From contig CM126222.1 in assembly GCA_052327205.1 (NCBI GenBank), positions 54,312,001-54,376,000 on the forward strand: a DNA stretch of 64,000 bases, in the 5' to 3' direction. The position numbers and the translations under genes are program-made. The first letter of the stretch is position 1; every line of letters starts with the position of its first letter. The stretch comes from Somniosus microcephalus. Its lineage: Eukaryota. Below the pieces are notes generated by a model, which was not told the DNA's origin, did no database searches, and saw nothing but the letters and a program-made list of their open reading frames with translations. Shown piece after piece: positions 1 through 10,726 of this stretch.

Positions 1-352
1 AGATGAGGTGCTGTTCCTCGAGTTTACGTTGAGCTTCCGTGGAACAGTACAAGAGGCCAAGGACAGTGAGGTCCGAGTGGGAATGGAGCGGTGAATTAAA
101 ATGACAGGCGACCGGAAGCTCGGGGCACCCTTACGGACTGAACGGAGGTTCTTTTGCTTCTTTTGTTTCTTTCACTTCTTTTGTCCGATCGCAGCCCTGC
201 CTTCTATCTATTTTCTTTTCTTTCCAGTTTTGAAGAAGGGTTCGACCTGAAACGTCAACTCAAATTTCTCTCCACGGATGTTGCCTGACCTGCTGAGTTT
301 TTCCAGCATTTTCTGTTGTTATTTCGGATTTCCAACATCTGCAGTATTTTGC
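1..352. mobile_element. Penelope-like retroelement fragment: GIY-YIG piece on - strand (1-150) joined to terminal repeat on + strand (151-352)
   Basis: 1-150 is close to the reverse complement of 14640-14791 (GIY-YIG ORF). 160-321 matches 15060-15212 in direct orientation. Confidence 0.8.
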
Positions 353-1119
353 TATCGTACTAGTCATTCCTCCACGCTGCACTACTAGGACAATGATGAA
401 CTTCTGCCCTCTACCTTTACGCAAGGAACCTACCAGTCACCCATAGCAGCTACCTCAAGAGTCCACCACTTTATTCTAAATCTCTCCACTGAGGAGGTAC
501 CTTAAGTGGTGTATCACTACACACTCCTCCAAACTACAACTTAGCAGAAACAGCAGCAGACCGTAGCTTGGGAGACACAGAGCGAGAGTGTTTCATTGCC
601 CTTTTTTTCCAGCCAGCTCTGCAGTTAAGCACTCTTATATTCTTTTGCACATAATTACAATTATGGAATTGCTGTTTGTCCTCTCTGTTTAGTTTTTGCT
701 GTCCATTGTGTATGTATTGTTTGTTTGGCTTTTGAACAACTGACGTTTTCCTTTCTGCACAATAGAGACTGCAAGGTTTATTAAAAGTGAATTAATTTTA
801 TTCAGCTGTGCAATGCCACTGATGTAGATATTTAATGTGCTTTGCTGGTGAATTTGACTCCAGTGTGTCATTAACTTCTCTGCATTGGTTGTGCATGTGT
901 CCTACTATGAAGTCTCTCATAGTTGAACGAGTAGCACTGATGAATGCTACATAACAACTGATGATCTATGGAGGATACAGAAGGCTCTCCACCTGTATCT
1001 GTGACGCACCCTGATGGACCTACATCCAAGGTTCATTGTTGCTGTAGTCATTGTGTGCTTCTATTTTCAGAAGCATTGCCTAATGTAACTTTAGCTGCTG
1101 AACTGAATGCCAATAGTAG

Positions 1120-1315
1120 AAGTAAAAAGAAAAAACTGCAAATGCTGGAAATCTAAAATAAAAAGAGAAATTACTGGTCCATCAGTACTGAGAAAAAAAA
1201 AGGTTTCCGATGTTCTGAGAAAGGGTTAACAGCCAAAATATTAATTAAGCTTTTCCCTTTTCAGATGCTGATGGAATTTCTGTGTCTTTTCCAGTATTTT
1301 CTGGTTTTATTTACA
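1120..1315. mobile_element. Degenerate non-autonomous Penelope-derived element (inverted terminal-repeat pair)
   Basis: Left arm aaatgctggaaatctaaaataaaaagagaaa is roughly complementary to right arm ttccagtattttctggttttattt. Internal ttctgagaaagggt...cagatgctg resembles the tail at 225-340. Confidence 0.55.
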
Positions 1316-2467
1316 AGTGCCAACAGACTGCTTTTGTGCTACTCCACGTATGTCACATATGTGTGAGCATAGTACAGTGGACAGTCACGGGATACAAGAA
1401 TTCCTCTGGAATGGTTGTCTAGAGCAATTCATGATTGTATATTCGAGTTTGGATACCAAAGCATTCATAGAAACAGTTGGAGCATTCATGAGAAATACGA
1501 GTATGTCTAATGAATGCTCCCACTGTATCTATTGCTTGCATAAATAATGCCTCAATTGCAGATAATTTGCAGATTGAAATGCAAAAAACAATGCTCCAAT
1601 GCATCACTTATATAAGAGGTGTCAGTGAATGATTGAATGTGGAATTTTTCCACTGAGAATAACTAGACCACTTTACAGTATTATGTGTAAGGAGGCAATT
1701 AATGCCTGGTCAGAATCTGGGTGCTGGTCCAGTCTTCATTTGAAAGCGGGCCCACTAAGCTGTATTTACTGATAGAACTGAGTGGGGCACTCGTGATCCT
1801 GGACCCCTGTAGCAGTTGACATCTCATCAACAACTACTGTTGCTATCCCTTCTTCACTAATGCTCATCACCTCACTCTGTGCTTCCTGCTCATCATCAAA
1901 ATCTAGGTCTCCTGCATGTCCATCTGTGCTGGTGCCTGCTTTAAGTGGGGTGGGGACCATATCATTGGTATGAGAGATGGCACATTATGAGTACGTAAGT
2001 GCCCTTCTCCATTTGGGTACTGTAATGTCATTGCGAACACCATTATGTGCTTTTCCACAATCAATGTTTATGGACACAATGATTTAACATATTGTGCAAA
2101 TCATAGAATATATTATCAATATGGTACTAGTGCTGTCCTCTCTTCCAATCTCGACAGTGCCAGTAACTTCTAAACTCTCCCTCCTGAATAAATAAATTAT
2201 TGTTTCTGCTGATTAAATGAGTTCCTTAAGGTATGGGGGTCCAAAACCAGTTGTAGATTGTGACCTCCTATTATGTGGTAGTTTTTATATAAAACTAAGA
2301 GCAGTGGCGTTTGAAAAATAGTGATATGGCCGACAGATTTCTTTCCTGCTGTACATTTTCTATTACGACCTGACATATATAATGTTATTTGCATAGCCCG
2401 GCTATTTTCACTTCTAATACCTTACTTGCTACACCCTTCCTAACATTTGTCTGATGTCAGGATATTA

Positions 2468-2538
2468 TGTGCATATGTGTCCTTTGTGCATATGTGTCCT
2501 TTGTGCATATGTGTACTTTGTGCATATGTGTACTTTGT
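2468..2538 (+). repeat. 17-bp tandem repeat, 4 copies (TGTGCATATGTGTMCTT)
   Basis: Directly visible. Confidence 0.9.
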
Positions 2539-2636
2539 TGCTACTTTACAGTAGCACATAAGCCTTATCTTTGTACTCTTATTTGTATATCCTCTTTCAG
2601 AGTTCCTGCCAGGCCCTCTATTTTGTAGCGGTATTG

Positions 2637-2768
2637 GGGTAAATTTTCATCTTCGCTGCATGGGCAGTAATCTGAAATACATTAAATGAATACTGGGTGA
2701 GTTCTACCATGGGCGGGTGATCTGCTCCACCAAATTACTGTACAGATGATGAAGATGAATATTTACCC
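2637..2768. mobile_element. Small MITE (Harbinger-like termini)
   Basis: Inverted termini gggtaaattttcatcttc / gaagatgaatatttaccc, one mismatch. Confidence 0.65.
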
Positions 2769-3234
2769 AATTGCGGACCGTGCCTGTCATGTCTTGTGCT
2801 TTTTTTGAGTACTTGGGGGCCATTCTTCCCCACCAAATGTGCATGCATTACTGCATTACTGATTTACTGTGCTTACTGGCACATCCAGAACCCTGTTAGT
2901 AAATCAGATTTTTCCTGCTGGAATTTAGACATTTTCTCCAATAATTTCACACTTCTGCTCTGGATGATAGTGGTTAAGTGGCGCGTTAGCTGCTCGAGAA
3001 GTGTTAAAGATTATTCTTGCAGATACATTGTGATTAGCTGGCACCGTTTTGTTGTCACTGATGAAATACCATTTTTTAGATATAATTTGCTTGAAAGCTC
3101 CACATTCCTACAACTTTGTTGGCCTTTAGTTGAAACTGGTGAAGAACATACTTTTTTTTCCAGAAGAGGGATGTTGATCCTGGTTTCGTATGTATTACAA
3201 AAATATCAATAAATTTTAACAGTGCTACCAAGTA

Positions 3235-3480
3235 GATAAGCCCTCTGTTCACTCACTGACGGGACCTGAATTTGAATACACTGCAAACTGATAAAAGTGT
3301 CATCTCTCTGCCAGCCTTAAGGGTCCTAAAGTGAAATGAATTTTAAGCAGTTTCAACCCACATCCTATTAGATGTGGATCTAAAGCCCAAAACTCATAAC
3401 TCAACACAAATTGGCAATCTGGTTTAGAAAATCCACAAGAATAGTTAGCCTGGACATTGGAAAAGTTCATATTGGTGAAT
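3235..3480 (+). mobile_element. Degenerate LF-SINE-like SINE fragment
   Basis: cctaaagtgaaatgaa...tttcaacccacatcctatt...caaaactc...cacaaattggca is collinear with the - strand copy at 39200-39582 and with LF-SINE as remembered. Confidence 0.45.
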
Positions 3481-4149
3481 TAGTTATTTGCGATCCTTTG
3501 AGCAGGGCTCAAATCTGCATTTGTCAGATGTCCAAAGACCAATTTTGTTATTATTTTCTTGGGGTGGGTGGTAAGTAGGGACCCTTTAGAGTCACATTGC
3601 TTCCAAGGTGATATGCTTGATAATGGGAGATTGGAACTGAGTTGATCCTCTGTGGCAAACTTGGCAATCAGATATCTGAGCTAAACAGACCTGCAGTACT
3701 TCCTGACCCCGTTAATGATTAACCAACTAGTCCGCTCATTGATAAGATCTAAAGAAGTAAACTGTCATTGGGGGCTGGAATTCTTCCCACTCTCCTCCAG
3801 ATAATGGCCCAATGGTAGGCTACTTCTCCTAATAGGACAACCACGGGAAGCTTTATTCTGGTGAGCTGAGTGATTTTAGCTGTTTTAAGTCCAGGAGTGC
3901 CCCACCCACACTAAGGTTCAATCTTTTCAAACTGTGTCTAGGCTTGGGTAAGTAGGGTAGGTCCCTACCAGTTTCTGCTGGACTGCTTCTGGAGTTATGT
4001 TGGGAGTGTCGTGAAACCTTCCAAAACAATTCCTGGCCATATTGTTTTACACTTAAGAAAAGTATATGGTGCTAAAGGCGATATTCTGTAATTATACTGA
4101 TGCACTGTGAGACAGCACTTTCATAGGTAAACTCCCCTAATCTATTGCA

Positions 4150-6010
4150 GTGATCCAGTAGTTTAGCATTTATGGTACTGGACTAGATCCTTAGTTCCAA
4201 TTCCACCATGGCAAATTGTAAAAAGTAAATCTGGTAATTTGTGGGCTAGTACCAGAATAATAACCATGAAAGGTTGCCAGCTGGTTCACTAACCTCCTTC
4301 ACTTGATTCCAGTCCAGCTCTTAATGCCTAGTAAACCATTCAATTGTAAGTAATCACTATGAAGTTTATAAATTAAGAAAAAATTGGATGGACCTATTGG
4401 CAATAAAACATAAACAATTCCAGACCAGTTGACATGCACAGTCCTCCTCACTAACATCTGGGAACTGGTGTCCAATTTGGGAGACTAGTTAAATAACACA
4501 TAGTCATACTCACAGAATCATATCTATCAGCCGATATCCCAGATTCCTCCATCACCATTGCTGTGTGTGTCCTCACCCACCAGAAGTGGGAAAATGGTGG
4601 TATACAGTCAGGAAAACCTTTGAGGGAAGCAAGGGCATAAAATGTACTCTGGGTGAAGGACTTCAATGTCCATCACCAAGAGTGGATCACTTGTACTGAC
4701 CAAGTCTTGAAGGTGTTGAGGAACACAAGGAGGTAACCTACTTGACCTTGTGACCTACCTGTTGCATCCATGTCTGTCCACAATAGCATTGGTAGGACTA
4801 ACAGGAGGAGAAGGTTCCATGAACGTCCCCATTCCCAGCCATAATGGAACTCAGCACGCAAGTGCAAGAGACAAGGCTGAAGTGTTTGCAAGTACCTTCA
4901 GTCAAAAGTGTCGCTTTGACAATACTACTCGGCCTCCTCCTGAGGTCCCCAAGTGTACAGCCAATTTAGTTTCTTCTACGTGACATTCAGAAGTGGCTAA
5001 GCACACTGGACACAGCAAAGGCTAAGGGCCCTGACAGCATCCCAGTTGTAGTGCTGAGCACCTGTGCACCAACCAGAGCTAGCTGCTTCCCTAGCTGAGC
5101 TATTCCAGTACAGCTATGACACTGACATCAACACAACAATGTAGAAGATTGCCCCAAGTATGTTTCAACCACAAAAACAGATTAAATTTAACCTGGCCAA
5201 TTACCACCCTATCAGCCTCCTTTTCAATTGTCAGTAAAGTGATGGAAGTAGTCACAAATAGTGCATTGAATAGCACCAACTCACCAATAACCTGCTAACC
5301 AATGTTAATTTCAAGTTCTGCCAGAACCAGTCAGCTCAAAACTCACCACAGTTTCATACAGACATGGATGCAAGTGCTGAATGCCAGAAGAGAGATGACA
5401 GTACCTGTCCTTGACATCAAGGACAGCATTTGACCATGTACCAAGGAGCCCAAACAAAACTAGTGGTCAATGGGAAAATGCTTCAATGGCTGGAGTCATA
5501 CCTGATACAAAGGAAGATAGTTGTCGTCATTAGAGACCAATCATCACAGCCCCAGGACATTGCTACTGGAGTTCTTCAGGTAACCATTTTCATAAATGGC
5601 CTTCCCTCTATCATAAAATCAGGAGTGGGACTGTTCCCTGAGGAGTCCACGGTGTTCAGCTCTATTTACAACTCTTCTGAGAATGGAGCAGCCCATGTCA
5701 GTCTACAGCAGGATGCAGACAACATTTAGGTTTAGGCTGACAAGTGTCAGGTATTTGCACCACATAAGTGCCAGGTAATGATCATCTTGAATGAGATAAC
5801 ATCCGTCATCTCCCCTGACCTTCAATGGCACTACCATTGCCGAGTTCTCCCATTGATATCTTGGGGGGGGGGGTTACCATTGTGTAGGCACTTAACTGGG
5901 CCAACCATATCAACACCATGGCTACAAGAGAAGGGCAGAGGCTAAAGCTGCAATGAGTGGCTCATCTCCTGACCCCTCTAAACACTTATAAGGCTCAAGT
6001 CAGGAGTGTG
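4150..6010 (+). mobile_element. Old decayed LINE (CR1/L2/Crack group), 5' part, interrupted by the younger CR1
   Basis: RT remnants ARDKAEVFASTFSQKC (4750 ORF) and GKMLQWLESYLIQRKIVVVI...ATGVLQ..IFINGLPS (5430 ORF). Many stops and indels. Breaks at aagtcaggagtgtg and resumes at 10727 tgatggaatac. Confidence 0.75.
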
Positions 6011-6571
6011 TGTGAGTCATCAAAGAGTGCTGTGAGTTTGGGTAAGTGTGAGAGTTCTTTAATTGTTATTTCTCTTTAAATCATTCTTGATAAGATTACT
6101 TAAGCAGTTTAAGTAAAGGGGAAAAGTTAAATATTTGGGATTCTGTTGGTTTAAGAAGAGTAAAACAAGGTTACACTACAGTAGGAGTAAATTGGCACAG
6201 CAGGCAGTGGAAACCAGTTTTCTAACCAGTCAGCAGGGGTGACTCATTTGGCTGTAAACAAACAAACAGTATAAAAAGACCAGTCCTAGTGCGAGCAAGC
6301 AGTGAGTGCGAGTCATCAAAGAGTGCTGTGAGCTTGGGTAAGTATGAGTTAGGGTAAGTGGGGTGTTAGGTGCTCTTTTCAAACTTTAACTCTGTGGGTT
6401 GTAGTTAATAAGGCCTTTCTGGTGCAGAGTGACTGTTGGTAAACCATTTAACTGGTGTAACTAGAGGGATTGATTTAATTTAAATCCAATTAATTAAAGG
6501 GGATACTAGCATCTAAAATCGGGCAGAGGGTGTCCATAACTAACAATAAAAAATTTAATTAATTACATAGA

Positions 6572-7510
6572 ATGGAGCAGGTGATGTGTTACTGTTGCGA
6601 GATGTGGGAGCCGGTGAACCCCATTGAGGCTCACGGTGATTACGTCTGTGACATGTGTCTGCTGCTACAGGAACTCCAGCTCCGTGTTGATGAGCTGGAG
6701 TCTGAGCTTCAGACGCTGCGACACATCAGGGAGGGGGAGAAGTACCTGGACTCTGTGTATCAGGAGGTGGTCACACCTATGAAGTTAATTAATTCAGATG
6801 TAGCCCATGGTCAGGGACAGGACGGTGTGACTACGAGTGAGGCAGGTACGGGGATCCAGGAGGTAGAGCTGGAGGAGCCGCAGCCCTTGCTCTTGTCCAA
6901 CAGGTTCGAGGTTCTTACTCCCTGTGGGGACAGGAGCAGGGACTGCAGGGAGGATGAGCAACCTGGCCACAGCACCGTGGAACGGGGGGCCATTCAAGAG
7001 GGGGGAGTAAATAGAAATGTTGTAGTGGTAGGGGATAGTATTATTAGGGGGATAGATAGAGTTCTCTGCAGCCGAGAGCGAGAGTCCCGTAGGCTGTGTT
7101 GCCTACCCGGTGCCAGGGTTAAGGACATCTCCTCTGGGCTGGAAAGAAACTTGCAGTGGGAGGGGGTGGATCCAGTTGTCGTGGTCCATGTTGGTACAAA
7201 CAACGTAGATAGGACTAGGAAGCCAGTTCTGTTAAAGGAGTATGAGCAGCTAGGGGTCAAATTAAAAAACAGAACCTCAAGGGTAATAATCTCGCCACGA
7301 GCGAATTTGGCTAGGACAAATAAAATTAGAGAGTTAAATGCGTGGCTCAAAGACTGGTGTGGGAGAAATGGGTTTTGCTTCCTGGGACACTGGCACCAGT
7401 ACTGGGGCAGGAGGGAGCTGTTCCGTTGGGACGGGCTTCACTTGGCCAGTGCTGGGACTGGAGTCCTGGCGGATCATATAACTAGGGCTGTAGAGAGGGC
7501 TTTAAACTAA
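6572..7510 (+). CDS. CR1 ORF1p: zinc finger/leucine zipper plus SGNH esterase domain
   Basis: CxCCxMW...CxxC, heptad LQELQLRVDELESELQTL, SGNH blocks GDSIIRG, HVGTNN, DGLHL; ends ERALN*. Confidence 0.92.
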   Translation: MEQVMCYCCEMWEPVNPIEAHGDYVCDMCLLLQELQLRVDELESELQTLRHIREGEKYLDSVYQEVVTPMKLINSDVAHGQGQDGVTTSEAGTGIQEVELEEPQPLLLSNRFEVLTPCGDRSRDCREDEQPGHSTVERGAIQEGGVNRNVVVVGDSIIRGIDRVLCSRERESRRLCCLPGARVKDISSGLERNLQWEGVDPVVVVHVGTNNVDRTRKPVLLKEYEQLGVKLKNRTSRVIISPRANLARTNKIRELNAWLKDWCGRNGFCFLGHWHQYWGRRELFRWDGLHLASAGTGVLADHITRAVERALN

Positions 7511-7548
7511 CGAGTGGGGGGGAGGTTCCTAGAGAGCAAATAATAAAA

Positions 7549-10499
7549 ATGACAACAGAGAAGGTCATAGACTTAGGTAGCAGTGGGGAAATTAAAAACC
7601 AGAGCATGTCAGGAAGGGGCAGAAGGTATGGAGTAAAAGGTAAAGTAATCAAAAGGGCAAAAGCAGGAACTAAGCATCACAAAACATATTTGAAAGTTCT
7701 CTATCTGAATGCACGTAGCATTCGTAACAAAATAGACGAGTTAATGGCACAAATAACTACATATGGGTATGATCTTGTGGCCATTACAGAAACATGGCTG
7801 CAGGGTGACAATGCCTGGGAATTAAACATACCAGGTTATTTAACGATCAGGAAGGACAGGCAGGAAGGAAGGGGGGTGGGGTGGCTATGTTAATAAAGGA
7901 AGGAATCACTGTAATACAGAGAAATGATATTGGGTCAAAAGATCAGGATAATGAAACAGTTTGGGTGGAGGTAAGGAATAATAAGGGGAAAAAAACACGA
8001 GTGGGTGTAGTCTATAGGCCTCCGAACAGTTGCAACTCTGTTGGACGGAGTATCAATCAGGAAATAGTTGAGGCTTGTAATAAGGGAACATCTATAATTA
8101 TGGGGGATTTTAACTATCATATTAATTGGACAAATCAAATTGGGCAGGGCTGCCTTGAGGATGAGTTCATTGAGTGTATTAGGGATGGGTTTCTTGAGCA
8201 GTATGTAACTGAACCGACCAGGGGGCAAGCAACCTTAGATCTGGTCCTGTGTAATGAGACAGGATTAATTAAAAATGTCCTAGTAAAGGATCCCCTTGGA
8301 ATGAGCGACCATAACATGGTTGAATTCCATATTCAATTAGAGGGTGAGAAGGTTGGATCTCAAACAAGTGTGCTAAGCTTGAATAAAGGAGACTATGAAG
8401 GTATGAGAGCGGAATTGAGGAGAGTGGATTGGGAAAATAGATTAAAGGGTAAGACGATACATGATCAGTGGTGTACATTTAAAGAGTTATTTTACAACTT
8501 CCAAAAAATATATATTCCACTGAGAAGAAAAGGGTGTAAAAGAAAAGACAGCCATCCGTGGCTAAGTAAAGAAATTAAGGATAGTATTCAACTAAAAACA
8601 AGGGCATATAAGGTAGCCAAATCTAGTGGGAGGATAGAGGATTGGGAAAACTTTAAAAGACAGCAAAAAATAACAAAAAGATTGATTAAGAAAGGGAAGA
8701 TAGATTATGAAAGTAAATTAGCAAAAAATATAAAAACAGATAGTAAGAGTTTTTATAGTTATATAAAAAGAAAAAGGGTGGCTAAAGTAAATGTTGGTCC
8801 CTTAGAGGATGAGACCAGGAAATTAATGGTGGGAAATATGGAGATGGCAAAAACACTGAATGAATATTTTACATCAGTCTTTACAGTAGAAGACACTAAG
8901 AATATCCCAACACTGGACAAACAGGGGGCTATAGCGGGGGAGGAGCTAAACACGATCAAAATCACTAAGGAAGTGGTACTCGGTAAAATAATGGGACTCA
9001 AGGCGAATAAATCACCTGGACCTGATGGCTTACATCCTAGGGTCTTGAGGGAAGTGGCGGTAGGGATTGTGGATGCATTGGTAATAATTTTCCAAAACTC
9101 CCTGGACTCAGCAAAGGTCCCGGCAGACTGGAAAACTGCTAATGTAACACCCTTATTTAAAAAGGGCAGTAGACAGAAGGCTGGAAACTATAGACCGGTT
9201 AGCCTAACATCTGTGGTAGGTAAAATTTTGGAGTCCATTATTAAGGAGACAGTAACAGGACATTTGGATAATCATAATTTAATAGGACAAAGTCAGCATG
9301 GTTTTATGAAGGGGAAGTCATGTTTGACAAATTTGCTGGAGTTCTTTGAGGAAGTAACATATAGGGTGGATAAAGGGGAACCAGTGGACGTAGTGTATTT
9401 AGACTTCCAAAAGGCATTTGACAAGGTGCCACACAAAAGATTATTGCTTAAGATAAAAAATCACGGGATTGGGGGTAATATTCTGGCATGGATAGAGGAT
9501 TGGCTATCTAACAGAAGGCAGAGAGTTGGGATAAATGGTTCATTCTCAGACTGGCAATCAGTAACTAGTGGTGTTCCGCAGGGGTCAGTGCTGGGTCCCC
9601 AACTCTTTACAATCTATATTAACGATTTGGAGGAGGGGACCGAGTGTAACATATCAAAGTTTGCAGATGATACTAAGATGGGAGGGAAAGTAGTGAGTGA
9701 GGAGGACATAAAAAACCTGCAAGGGGACATAGACAGGTTAAGTAAGTGGGCAGAGATTTGGCAGATGGAATACAATACTGGAAAGTGTGAGGTTATGCAC
9801 TTTGGCAGGAAAAATCGTAGAGCAAGTTATTATCTTAATGGCAAGAAACTGGAAAGTACTGAAGTACAAAGGGATCTGGGGGTCCTGGTGCACGAAACTC
9901 AAAAGGTTAGTATGCAGGTGCAGCAAGTGATTAAGAAGGCCAATGGAATGTTGGCTTTCATTGCTAGGGGGATAGAATATAAAAATAGGGAGATATTGCT
10001 TCAGTTGTACAAGGTATTGGTGAGACCGCACCTGGAATACTGCATACAGTTTTGGTGTCCATACTTAAGAAAAGACATACTTGCTCTCGAGTCAGTACAA
10101 AGAAGGTTCACTCGGTTAATCCCGGGGATGAGGGGATGGACATATGAGGAGAGGTTGAGTAGATTGGGACTCTACTCATTGGAGTTCAGAAGAATGAGAG
10201 GCGATCTTATTGAAACATATAAGATTGTGAGGGGGTTGGATCGGGTGGATGCGGGGAGGATGTTCCCGATGATGGGTGAAACTAGAACTAGGGGGCATAG
10301 TCTTAGAATAAGGGGCTGCTCTTTCAAAACTGAGATGAGGAGGAACTACTTCACTCAGAGGGTGGTAGGTCCATGGAATATGCTGCCCCAAAAAGCTGTA
10401 GAAGCTACATCATTACATACATTTAAAACAGAAATAGACAGTTTCCTAGAAGTAAAGGGAATTAAGGGTTACGGGGAGCGGGCAGGAATTTGGACATGA
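7549..10499 (+). CDS. CR1 ORF2p: AP endonuclease + reverse transcriptase, with one frameshift in the G-run at 7871-7876
   Basis: YLNARSIRNK, AITETW, VYRPP, GDFN, LDLV, SDHN (APE); NYRPVSLTS, YLDFQKAFD, GVPQGSVLGP, FADD (RT). Adding one G joins the 7549 and 7881 ORFs as RQEGRGGGVAMLIK. Confidence 0.93.
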
Positions 10500-10726
10500 G
10501 TCTAGGTTCGGATCGGACATGGCCCTGTGGGTAGTGGAGCGGGCCCAGGGGCCGTGTAGCCTGGTCCTGCTCCTATTTCGTGTGTCTAATTCTGTTAGAT
10601 TCGGGAGATGGTTCTGTGATAGTAGATTGGCGGTTCGGATCAGATCAGCCATGATCTTATTGAATGGCGGAGCAGGCTCAAGGGGCCGATTGGCCTACTC
10701 CTGCTCCTATTTCTTATGTTCTTATG

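Larger units (their letters stand above)
6011..10726 (+). mobile_element. Full-length, young CR1 LINE
   Basis: 5' UTR, ORF1 (zinc finger, coiled coil, esterase), ORF2 (APE + RT), 3' stem-loop and (TTCTTATG)2 tail at 10711-10726. tgtg microhomology at both junctions. Confidence 0.95.

Noticed and set aside
1766-1960. Acidic 64-aa ORF on - strand (DLDFDDEQEAQSE)
   Set aside because: In-frame stop 9 codons upstream, no convincing splice sites, no recognisable family. Could be a decayed coding remnant, but I cannot support that.
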